Shown in pieces: positions 9,598-18,331 of a stretch of DNA of 64,000 bases (within the stretch, counting starts at the first letter, position 1; each line of letters opens with the position of its first letter). Both the position numbers and the translations under genes were made by a program. The notes beneath the pieces are model-generated. The model ran no database searches and was not told the origin of the DNA. It worked only from the letters and a program-made list of their open reading frames with translations. Origin of the DNA: an uncultured Spirochaetaceae bacterium (GTDB taxonomy: Bacteria > Spirochaetota > Spirochaetia > Sphaerochaetales > Sphaerochaetaceae); NCBI GenBank assembly GCA_964478945.1, contig CAYZJV010000008.1, positions 2,823 to 66,822 of the forward strand, written 5' to 3'.

Positions 9598-10093
9598 GTC
9601 TTCTCCTCCGATAATTCGCAGCCGATCTGAAGATGTCCAGCATTTCATTCGCATCGAGACAGGGACAACGGTTCAATCCGATTTCCCTCACTATGGTTTC
9701 CGTTGTGGGTTCCTCGTCATGTCTTGCTCCGGCTTCCGACTTCACGATCATCTGCAACAGTGACTCGAAAATCAACGTTTTCGATGCATAGCAATGTGGA
9801 CAGGGATGACTTCCCGTATCCTCGTAGGCCCTCTCCATATCATGCCAAAAACGGGTTTTCCTATAACCTTCGAACGTGAGGACCTTCGAACCCTTGAGCC
9901 TGAAGGCGGGGATAAGACAGGAAAGCACGGCCTCTTCATTCAACAGTACGATACAATTGCCACAATGCCCATCGCGGCAACGTGAAGGCATAGCCGCTGT
10001 TTCGAGTTCATCCATGAGGATGAGATTCAACGGCTTGTTGGAATTCACAGTGAGTAGTAGGTGCTTATTGTCTATGGTACATTCGATTTTCAT
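9581..10093 (-). CDS. Xanthine dehydrogenase-family 2x[2Fe-2S] (CoxS-like) subunit
   Basis: C-x4-C-x2-C...C (CRDGHCGNC...SC) and CxxC...CxC (CPHC...CPC). Confidence 0.85.
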   Translation of the reverse strand: MKIECTIDNKHLLLTVNSNKPLNLILMDELETAAMPSRCRDGHCGNCIVLLNEEAVLSCLIPAFRLKGSKVLTFEGYRKTRFWHDMERAYEDTGSHPCPHCYASKTLIFESLLQMIVKSEAGARHDEEPTTETIVREIGLNRCPCLDANEMLDIFRSAANYRRRRRVRRY

Positions 10094-12057
10094 ACGGTTC
10101 TCCGTATATGGCCGATGATGTCTTCGCTTGTGATCGGCATGGTGGTCGCTTCACAATTCAAGGCTTGTGAAAGTGCCGCCGCACCGGAAGCCATCACCAT
10201 CGCCCTAAGTGCAGATGTGGCGGAAGAAGGAAAGGCCTGTGAACCAAGGGTGTTCACTTCGATATCCATTAGAGGAGCATTGCCCTCGATCTGCCGTGGA
10301 AGGATGTTGCATTCGTTGAGGCTGGAGTTGATGATGTGACGGAATTTCACCCTGAGACGCTGGATGTCGGGTGTATTGCTGAATGAAAACCGTCCCCAGA
10401 CCCTTCGTGCCTCAACCTCCAAAGTGATGGTGTTCACCTCTAGCTCCAGGATCAGGCAACCCCAATTCTTGCTCGAGAACATTGGACCCGACGATGTGTT
10501 GAGCACACTTCTGGCGGTGACCGATTCGGTTATCGGCAGGGGTTCCTGAAACCGCTTTGCCTTTATCGCGGCGCAGCATTGGACGATCATCATCGCCGAC
10601 CGTTCCACATCCAAGGAGAGGACTTCCGGTCCGGTGTCCACCATATGTGCCGTATCGGGTTCAATGAACACGACATTGTCCTTGTCCATAGAAAGTTCCT
10701 TGGCCACCACCGACTTCCAGAGGGTGACAGTCTTTCTGCTGGCGGAAAAGCTGCTGTTCACCAGTACACGGTTCTTCGCATCGAGCGTGATTGCGATCTT
10801 GGCCGAGGAGTGGAAAGGTGATTCCAAGGCGAACCCGCTGATACCTGCTCCACATGCGATGCCAATCCCACGGCTGTAGTTGAGGAAGGTGGAGATCGAG
10901 CGTTTCGATTTTCTTTGCAGCTCATACACCGAGTGGTGTCTGGCGAAATCGGAGACGGCACAGGTTTCCGCGATCAGGTCCCGCAACTTGGAAGACGGCA
11001 GCGTCTCAAGTACGGAGCTCCTTTCCTTTCCATCCCCATAATGCTTGATTCTCCAATTGGAAGGATTGGTTTGGCGCATACTCGCAATTGCAGAGGCATG
11101 TGCTTCGGATGAGAACAAGGCGGAACTATATCCCAAGTCTCCAAAAAAATGGGATGGAGGAGAGTGCGACTCCACAATCTTCACCTGTGCACTGAATGCC
11201 TCCAGTTCATACAGGGGAATGAGACCGGCAAGGATTTGTTTGAACAACTCACCGGTGAACAGGGGGAACGCACCCTGGTCCACCACAGCCTCGACCTCTT
11301 CCGCCAACGGATTTCCCTTTTCATCCAATGCCGTCTTCCTAGTGATGGTCAAAGGGCTCTTGTAGGTGGGAAATCGGGATGCGACCTGAACCCGACTGTT
11401 GCTCTTCAAGGTTGCCAATGCCGCAATGGCAGATAGTATGGAAGGATTCACCAGCTTCTCGTCCCTAGGTGAAAAATGGGGCAAGGGATGCACCACCACA
11501 CTCTTTTTGGTTCTCCCACACACTGCGGCCACCGTATCCCTGACATGAAAGGGCCATTGGGTGGGAACACTCGCATGGAGGGCCCCATCCTCCAACCATG
11601 TGGTCGCCCAGGTAACCGTATCCTCTTGGGTCCACACCCTTCGGTCCACATAGGTCCTTTCGATGGTGTTGGCTGGTTCGTTGAAATGGTTCTCGATATT
11701 TCCCCAACGGTAATGGATGGGGGAGTGCTCGTGTTTGTGGTGGTAGGGTCTCACCTCGGCCGACAGTTGGAAATCGATCTCGACTTCCCTCGACTTCACT
11801 TCGACCATTTCGGGGTCTGGCCCGAAAAGCGCAATAATTGGTTGTCCCCGGTAAGAGATGTCGCTTGATGCGAAAAGGGGGAACCCGTCCCCAAACACAT
11901 CCACCAGATTGTCGCCGGGAATGTCTTTTGGACCGAGAAGAAAGAATCTTGGATCCTTTTTTGGTGGAGTGATCCCTATGATCGATCCCGAATCGATGCT
12001 CGAACGAATCACGATGCCGTGGATAGTCTGTGGTTGCTCGTCAGATTTACCAGCCAT
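10090..12057 (-). CDS. Xanthine dehydrogenase-family molybdopterin-binding (CoxL-like) subunit, degenerate
   Basis: KDIPGDN, ISYRGQPII, PTQWP, DQGAF and EVNTITLEV align to the XDH large-subunit scaffold, but the Gly-rich Moco motifs are missing. Confidence 0.75.
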   Translation of the reverse strand: MAGKSDEQPQTIHGIVIRSSIDSGSIIGITPPKKDPRFFLLGPKDIPGDNLVDVFGDGFPLFASSDISYRGQPIIALFGPDPEMVEVKSREVEIDFQLSAEVRPYHHKHEHSPIHYRWGNIENHFNEPANTIERTYVDRRVWTQEDTVTWATTWLEDGALHASVPTQWPFHVRDTVAAVCGRTKKSVVVHPLPHFSPRDEKLVNPSILSAIAALATLKSNSRVQVASRFPTYKSPLTITRKTALDEKGNPLAEEVEAVVDQGAFPLFTGELFKQILAGLIPLYELEAFSAQVKIVESHSPPSHFFGDLGYSSALFSSEAHASAIASMRQTNPSNWRIKHYGDGKERSSVLETLPSSKLRDLIAETCAVSDFARHHSVYELQRKSKRSISTFLNYSRGIGIACGAGISGFALESPFHSSAKIAITLDAKNRVLVNSSFSASRKTVTLWKSVVAKELSMDKDNVVFIEPDTAHMVDTGPEVLSLDVERSAMMIVQCCAAIKAKRFQEPLPITESVTARSVLNTSSGPMFSSKNWGCLILELEVNTITLEVEARRVWGRFSFSNTPDIQRLRVKFRHIINSSLNECNILPRQIEGNAPLMDIEVNTLGSQAFPSSATSALRAMVMASGAAALSQALNCEATTMPITSEDIIGHIRRTV

Positions 12058-12162
12058 GGGGTTCCGCTTCCGTCCTTCAAGGGTTAAAATACCATTTTAC
12101 CCATGGGTCCGCAATGGCAAAACCCAAGAAAGCGGCTATACTGTAGCGGTCGAGGAGTATAC

Positions 12163-14235
12163 ATGGAAGATTTCGCACAGGCGAAGATTGAAATCGCACG
12201 GCTTTCGGATGAACTGCAACGACATCAAAAACTCTACTATCTCGAGGCGCGTCCAGAGATCAGTGATCTGGAATATGACAAGCTCATGGATCGGCTTGTC
12301 GAACTTGAGAACCAATACCCTTCGTTGAAATCCCCCTTTTCCCCTTCGCAAAGGGTGGGTAGTGATCTCGGAGCCTCGTTCCCCGAGGTGACCCATACGG
12401 TTCCGGTCCTCAGTCTCGACAAGGCATACTCTTCCGATGCGGTGTCGCAATGGATCGAGCGTGTACGCAATAGAGGGGAACAAAGACTGGCATTCGTTGT
12501 GGAAGAGAAGATGGATGGCGTCTCCCTGGTGCTCTATTACAAGGATGGTGTGCTCGACAAAGCCGTTACAAGAGGCAATGGATTCGTCGGCAATGATGTG
12601 ACCGCCAATGCGAAGACCATCTCATCGGTTCCACTGCGACTTTCCCGTCCGATCGATGTGGCTGTGAGGGGAGAAGTGTTCCTTGCGAAAGCCGATTTCG
12701 AGCAACTGAATCTTACCATGGAAGTTCCCTACGCCAATCCAAGAAACCTGGCGGCCGGCACCCTACGAAGGATAAAAAGCAGCGAAACGGCACGGATACC
12801 CTTGCGCATGTTCGCCTATGAAGCGAGTTTCCCCCCTGAAGAACAAGTGGATACCCACGTCGAAGTCTTGGGGAAGTTGAAGTCCCTGGGGTTTCTTGTC
12901 AATCCTTCGATGGCGATCTTCGCCGAGAATCACTCGAAGGCAATGGAGTTGTCGAACCATCTTTGCTTACCCGATCTCCATATCGCCGATTACGGGGAAC
13001 TATCCGAATATATCGTGAAGAAAAATACATTGCGCAATTCTTTGCCCTATGAAATAGATGGACTGGTGGTCAAGGTGAATGAATTGGCTGTGAGGGATTT
13101 CTTGGGCTACACCGGCCATCATCCGAGGTGGGCATTGGCCTACAAGTTCGAAGCACCCGAAGCACAGACGGTGGTGAAGGGGATCGATGTGCAGGTTGGA
13201 AGAACCGGCAGGATCACCCCTGTGGCACGTGTGGAGACGGTGAAGGTGGGAAATTCCATGGTTTCGAATGTAACCCTGCACAACCAGGATTACATCAATC
13301 TCTTGGAACTCTCCATCGGCGATTCGGTCGCCATTTCAAAACGAGGGGACGTAATTCCTGCGGTTGAACGTGTGGTGGAGAAGAATGAGGAGGGCAATTC
13401 GACTTGGACCATGCCCACACGATGCCCCTCCTGCGATACGATCCTTGTGCGTCAAGGGGCCCATATCTTCTGCCCGAACGAGAGCGGATGTCCCGATCAG
13501 ATCATGGGTCGGGTGGTCTTCTTCGTCGGTAGGGACCAGATGGATATCGAGGGGTTCGGACCCGAAACCGTCTCCTTTCTCATGGAAAAAGGTTTGGTGA
13601 AGGATATCCCCGACATCTATACCGTCGATTATGCAGGTCTTGTCGGAGAGCCGGGCTTCGGAGAGAAGAAGGTCGCTTCCCTTGCGAAAGCTGTGGAGGA
13701 GAGTCGCAATCGTCCTTTCCGCACAGTGTTGGTGTCGTTGGGAATCCCCGATTTCGGGAAAAAGGCAGTCGATTTGTTGGTCTCGTCCGGTATTGTGACC
13801 ATGGATAGGTTGTTGGAGCTTGTCGATACGGATACTACGACTCCCTTGCTTGCAATAAAAGGGTTTGGTCAAAAGACAGTGGATTCACTTTTCGCCTACC
13901 TGTCGGATGTACATATGCGGGAGAGGATCGCGAGATTACGCAAGTGCGGGTTGCAGTTCGAGGAACATGATGTGGCTACCTCCGAACAGTGTGAGCAGGT
14001 GTTCTCTGGACAAACGTGGTGCGTCACCGGAAGTTTCACCCATTTTTCACCGCGATCCCTGGCTTTGAAGGAGATTGAATCACGTGGGGGAAGAACCACT
14101 GGTGCTGTGACCGGGAAGACCACCCATCTTTTGGCGGGAACGGGAGCCGGATCCAAATTGCAACAGGCCATCGGATTCGGAACCACTATTGTTTCCGAGG
14201 AGGAATTTCTCAAAATGTTGGAAGGGGAAGGATGA
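12163..14235 (+). CDS. ligA: NAD-dependent DNA ligase
   Basis: EEKMDG adenylation motif, TRGNG, NPRN, Zn finger, C-terminal BRCT. ATG 12163 after GAGGAG. Confidence 0.98.
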   Translation: MEDFAQAKIEIARLSDELQRHQKLYYLEARPEISDLEYDKLMDRLVELENQYPSLKSPFSPSQRVGSDLGASFPEVTHTVPVLSLDKAYSSDAVSQWIERVRNRGEQRLAFVVEEKMDGVSLVLYYKDGVLDKAVTRGNGFVGNDVTANAKTISSVPLRLSRPIDVAVRGEVFLAKADFEQLNLTMEVPYANPRNLAAGTLRRIKSSETARIPLRMFAYEASFPPEEQVDTHVEVLGKLKSLGFLVNPSMAIFAENHSKAMELSNHLCLPDLHIADYGELSEYIVKKNTLRNSLPYEIDGLVVKVNELAVRDFLGYTGHHPRWALAYKFEAPEAQTVVKGIDVQVGRTGRITPVARVETVKVGNSMVSNVTLHNQDYINLLELSIGDSVAISKRGDVIPAVERVVEKNEEGNSTWTMPTRCPSCDTILVRQGAHIFCPNESGCPDQIMGRVVFFVGRDQMDIEGFGPETVSFLMEKGLVKDIPDIYTVDYAGLVGEPGFGEKKVASLAKAVEESRNRPFRTVLVSLGIPDFGKKAVDLLVSSGIVTMDRLLELVDTDTTTPLLAIKGFGQKTVDSLFAYLSDVHMRERIARLRKCGLQFEEHDVATSEQCEQVFSGQTWCVTGSFTHFSPRSLALKEIESRGGRTTGAVTGKTTHLLAGTGAGSKLQQAIGFGTTIVSEEEFLKMLEGEG

Positions 14236-15527
14236 AGATGGATGAGATCGCCATACGATTGAACAGGGTATTGGATGAAACCATAGTTGGGAAGATGTTG
14301 TCCCCTTATGGGAGGCGCGCCTTCTTTCCCAGAGGTATTGTCGCCCAAAGTCAGGAAGCTTCCGGTTTGGCCCATCATGCGAACGCGACGGCAGGAGTGG
14401 CCCTGAGTCGTGGACACCACCTCTCCCACAGCATGTTCGCATCCCTTTCAGCCGATGTTGGGATAGACCGTATGGTGGCATATGCTCCTACTGCGGGGGA
14501 CAAGGAGTTGAGACAAGCGTGGTTGGAAGGTATGCAGCAGAAGAATCCTTCGCTCGCACATGCCCAAGTGTCGTTGCCTGTGGTGACCGCCGGATTGACC
14601 CATGCGCTCTCAGTGGCTGCGGATCTGTTCGTAGGGCCGGAAGATACGGTGATCGTTCCGTCTCCGGCATGGGACAATTACGAACAAATATTCGCAGTAC
14701 GCAAAGGCTGCACCATCGTTTCTCCAAGTCTCTTCGATGCCGATTTGCACTTCTCCATCGATGATCTGGAAAGGGCAATCGATGGGGTTTCCTCCCAGAA
14801 GATCATGGTAGTGCTCAATTTTCCCAACAATCCCACCGGGTATACTCCCACAGAGGGTGAAATGGCTTCACTTGCAAGCATGCTGATGGGAAAGGCGGCA
14901 ACGGGCAAGTCGCTGGTGGTGATGGTGGATGATGCCTATTTCGGATTGTTCCACGACTCGTCGGCATGCAGGGAATCATTGTTCACCCTCTTGTGCGATG
15001 TCCATGAAAACCTGCTTGCGATCAAATGTGACGGTGCAACCAAGGAGGCGATGGTTTGGGGATTCAGGATTGGATTCATCACCTTCGGAGCGAAAGGTTT
15101 GTATGGTGAGGTCCTTGAAGCTCTTGTCCAGAAGACCATGGGTGCGATTCGCTCTTCGGTTTCCAGCTGTTCCAGGATAGGCCAATCCCTCCTGCTCGAT
15201 GCCATGAGGGATAGCCGGTATCTGGAAGAGACGGAAAAGGTGCAGCGCATCATGGCCGAAAGGTATGCTATAGTGAGACAAGAGATCAATAAGAGGAGCG
15301 GTCATCCATTGCTTAGACCCTACCCTTTCAACTCGGGGTATTTCTGTACACTCTCGTATGGGGGGGATGCGGAGGTTCTGCGGCGTCATCTCTTGGATCG
15401 CTATGGTATCGGGACCGTCTCGTTGGGCACCCATTTGTTGAGAATTGCTTATTCGGCGGTTGATGCGGATTTGTTGCCGGAATTGATGGATACGGTCTAC
15501 CGGGGAGCTGAAGAGTCATGGACATGA
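14232..15527 (+). CDS. PLP-dependent aminotransferase class I/II
   Basis: NFPNNPTGY, DDAY, ATKE..WGFRIG. Confidence 0.88.
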   Translation: MKMDEIAIRLNRVLDETIVGKMLSPYGRRAFFPRGIVAQSQEASGLAHHANATAGVALSRGHHLSHSMFASLSADVGIDRMVAYAPTAGDKELRQAWLEGMQQKNPSLAHAQVSLPVVTAGLTHALSVAADLFVGPEDTVIVPSPAWDNYEQIFAVRKGCTIVSPSLFDADLHFSIDDLERAIDGVSSQKIMVVLNFPNNPTGYTPTEGEMASLASMLMGKAATGKSLVVMVDDAYFGLFHDSSACRESLFTLLCDVHENLLAIKCDGATKEAMVWGFRIGFITFGAKGLYGEVLEALVQKTMGAIRSSVSSCSRIGQSLLLDAMRDSRYLEETEKVQRIMAERYAIVRQEINKRSGHPLLRPYPFNSGYFCTLSYGGDAEVLRRHLLDRYGIGTVSLGTHLLRIAYSAVDADLLPELMDTVYRGAEESWT

Positions 15528-15907
15528 AGACAAAATTGTATCTTGTTGACAACCAAGGTGAGAAGTTCATGGGAATCGGTGTACTCTGGTTGTTGAAGAG
15601 GATTGATTCGGCAGGATCGTTGCGGGCTGCGGCCGCCACGCTCGGCATCTCCTATTCGAAGGCCTACACGATGGTGAGCAACCTTGAACAGAAGATCGGG
15701 GTTCCTGTGGTGAACCGCAAGCGGGGAGGAGCGGATCATGAGGGATCCTCATTGACTGCATTCGGTGAACGGTTCATAGCATTGTATGATGGGTTTCAAG
15801 AGGACGCGAAACGGAGGTTGGTGGAACCCTTCGAGGTGTTTTCCAAGAATTTAGAGAAATTGTTGCAAGATTATACGCAAGATGAGGAGGAGAGGGCCCA
15901 TGAATGA
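15518..15907 (+). CDS. ModE-type winged-helix regulator (N-terminal domain only)
   Basis: LLKRIDSAGSLRAAAATLGISYSKAY...RKRGG...GSSLTAFG; no TOBE domains. Confidence 0.85.
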   Translation: MDMKTKLYLVDNQGEKFMGIGVLWLLKRIDSAGSLRAAAATLGISYSKAYTMVSNLEQKIGVPVVNRKRGGADHEGSSLTAFGERFIALYDGFQEDAKRRLVEPFEVFSKNLEKLLQDYTQDEEERAHE

Positions 15908-17246
15908 GATCAATTTGAAGAACAGGAAATACGATTTCATCGTTCCCAACCTGGGGAAACCGAAGATCAACTCACCGATCAAGATGTCCACATCGATAGA
16001 TGATGGTCTTGCGGATTATGTGAGCGAGGACAAGAGGGTGTATTTCGGGATCGATGCGAAGATCAACGAGAAGGGAGAGGAGGTTCCCGAATTCCACGAT
16101 ACGGTTGAAGTCGCCGGTCCAAGGGAGAAGATCTACTTCAATCCCGCCCATGTGCATGCGGCCATCGCCACCTGTGGTGGGATCTGCCCAGGACTCAACA
16201 ATGTCATCAGGGCTGTGGTGAGGTGTTTCTGGTATCGGTATGGTGTCCGTAGGATCTCCGGAATTCAGTTCGGGTATAGGGGATTGTTGGAGAATAGTCC
16301 CTATCCTCTGGTCAAACTCGATCCCGATGTGGTCGATGACATTCAGGAGAAGGGTGGATCGATTTTGGGAAGTTCTCGGGGTGGAGGAGACAAGGTGGAG
16401 GAGATCGTCGATTCCCTCGAACGTCTCAACATCAATATTCTGATCACCATCGGCGGTGATGGAACCCTGCGTGGTGCGAATGAGATAGGGGATGAGATAC
16501 GGAAAAGGGGATTGAAGATCGCAGTGATCGGTGTTCCGAAAACAATCGACAACGACCTGTCCTTCATCCAAATCTCCTTTGGTTTCGATACTGCGGTGGC
16601 CCATGCGGTTCCTGCGGTGAGAGGCGCCCATACCGAAGCGAAGGCTTCGGTGAATGGAATCGGTTTGGTAAAGGTCATGGGGCGCGAATCGGGATTCATC
16701 GCTGCAAGTACCGCTCTTGCCATGAGTGATGTGAATTTCTGTCTCATACCCGAAAATCCCTTCGACTTGGATGGTCCCAACGGTCTGCTGGCCCATTTGA
16801 AGCGTCGTATCCTGGACAGGGGGCATGCGGTCATCCTTGTTGCCGAAGGTGCAGGTCAGAATCTGGTGGAGGAGACGGGAGAAAAGGATGCTTCGGGCAA
16901 CATAAAGTATGCCGACATTGGAATCTTCCTCAAGGATCGGATAAAGCAATACTTCAGTGACGAAGGGGTCGAAATGAGTTTGAAGTACATCGACCCGAGC
17001 TATATCATCAGAAGTGCCCAAGCCAATCCCAACGATTCCATCTATTGCTCACGTTTGGGCGCCCATGCGGTCCATGCGGCGATGAGTGGGAAGACCCAGA
17101 CACTGATCTCTCTGGTGAACAATAAGTTCGTCCATATACCGATAAAGGTCGCGGTGGCTGAACGAAACCACGTCAACACCGAGGGTAGTCTCTGGCGTGA
17201 TGTATTGGAGAATACTCGCCAACCGGCATCGATGGTCAATCGTTAA
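15900..17246 (+). CDS. pfkA: ATP-dependent 6-phosphofructokinase (PfkA family, group X type)
   Basis: TCGGICPGLN, GGDGT (G indicates ATP type), PKTIDND, MGRESG, AEGAG. Confidence 0.92.
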   Translation: MNEINLKNRKYDFIVPNLGKPKINSPIKMSTSIDDGLADYVSEDKRVYFGIDAKINEKGEEVPEFHDTVEVAGPREKIYFNPAHVHAAIATCGGICPGLNNVIRAVVRCFWYRYGVRRISGIQFGYRGLLENSPYPLVKLDPDVVDDIQEKGGSILGSSRGGGDKVEEIVDSLERLNINILITIGGDGTLRGANEIGDEIRKRGLKIAVIGVPKTIDNDLSFIQISFGFDTAVAHAVPAVRGAHTEAKASVNGIGLVKVMGRESGFIAASTALAMSDVNFCLIPENPFDLDGPNGLLAHLKRRILDRGHAVILVAEGAGQNLVEETGEKDASGNIKYADIGIFLKDRIKQYFSDEGVEMSLKYIDPSYIIRSAQANPNDSIYCSRLGAHAVHAAMSGKTQTLISLVNNKFVHIPIKVAVAERNHVNTEGSLWRDVLENTRQPASMVNR

Positions 17247-17273
17247 TTGTTTCTTTCATAAGGTTTTTCCCAT

Positions 17274-17301
17274 GCCCCGGATATTAAATGTTCGGGGCTT
17301 T
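17274..17301 (+). terminator. Intrinsic terminator after pfk
   Basis: GCCCCGGATAT-TAA-ATGTTCGGGGC hairpin followed by TTT. Confidence 0.7.
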
Positions 17302-17485
17302 ACTTGTATGTGGCAAGAGCTTTTCATAAAGTGTGAGAACTGCTCTTTATATTAATTATATGTGAAATAGAGAATATTAAAACAGAATATTGACACTTAT
17401 AGTGAAAATGTAATCGTTTTCTTGCTCCACAATCTCGGAGCCCTCATATGATTTAAGAAATTTTCGTAATTTTCACAAAAACATC

Positions 17486-17514
17486 TTGATTCTTTTTTTA
17501 GTTCTCGGTACATT
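17486..17514 (+). promoter_or_regulatory. sigma70-like promoter of the candidate sRNA
   Basis: TTGATT(17486-91)-17 nt-TACATT(17509-14) with AT-rich upstream sequence. Confidence 0.55.
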
Positions 17515-17520
17515 TGCATC

Positions 17521-17640
17521 GAAAGGAAAAACGAGTGGATGATTCCTTCCGATAAAATGGACTCCATTCAATTGACTTTTCATAACCTCCTTTTTGTTCC
17601 CCCTGGGTTTAACCTCCTTTTCCCCAGGGGGTTTTTATTT
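17521..17640 (+). ncRNA. Candidate ~120-nt small RNA with two anti-SD motifs (TAACCTCCTTTT x2)
   Basis: Promoter upstream; 5' hairpin AAGGAA/TTCCTT; motif copies at 17583-17594 and 17610-17621; terminal stem CCCCCTGGG/CCCAGGGGG plus T-run; no convincing sense-strand ORF. Confidence 0.55.
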
Positions 17641-18331
17641 GTCTGTAGTTGTGAAGCACCAGCCTGAAGAAAATCCATTACTTCTCCCATGACCCATTGC
17701 AGGGTATGCGTTGGCAGAGGACTGCACATGCCTTGAATTCGGAAGTGTTCGGTGCTTGGTCAGGTCTTGGCTGGTTGTGGGACTCTCGTCGGCATCAATC
17801 GTGGTGGGAGGATATCCAATGAGGGCTTCCAGTTTGTTGAGGCGCAATTTCTATTCGAAGTACCGCTGGTGATCGGGCATCCGGTACAGCTCGCCGCTTG
17901 AGTCGTATGGGATGGATGAATATTGCTGTAACGGGAATCCTGTGTGGTCTTCCTCGTGAGAAACGGAGAATCCTTCATAACTTACATGAAGTTAATTTTC
18001 GTGTGCCCACTCGTGTATGCGGTAGGGACAAAACAAATTTGCTGCTACTTATAAAAACAAGACATATGACAAGAGATAATTATATCTTGCCATGCCATAA
18101 CGCGTACTTGAGAATAATTTTGTAATAAGCAAAAAAGTGAAGATGCTATGATATTGGGTAATTTTTGACACTTCTAATGAATTGGTGAGATGCTATACAG
18201 ATGTACTCATAAATATTTTAAATATAGTAAATAATCTATTCTCTTCAAACTGATATACTAGACGTCACATGAAAAAAGTATAAAATTGAAAACTATCCTA
18301 AAGGTGAAATAGTTAGGATAGGAGGAAGTAT

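Noticed and set aside
17473-17595. Minus-strand 36-codon ORF (MKSQLNGVHF...) behind AAAGGAGGTT
   Set aside because: The SD-to-ATG gap is only 2 nt, and promoter and T-tail polarity favour a plus-strand RNA. Not fully excluded.
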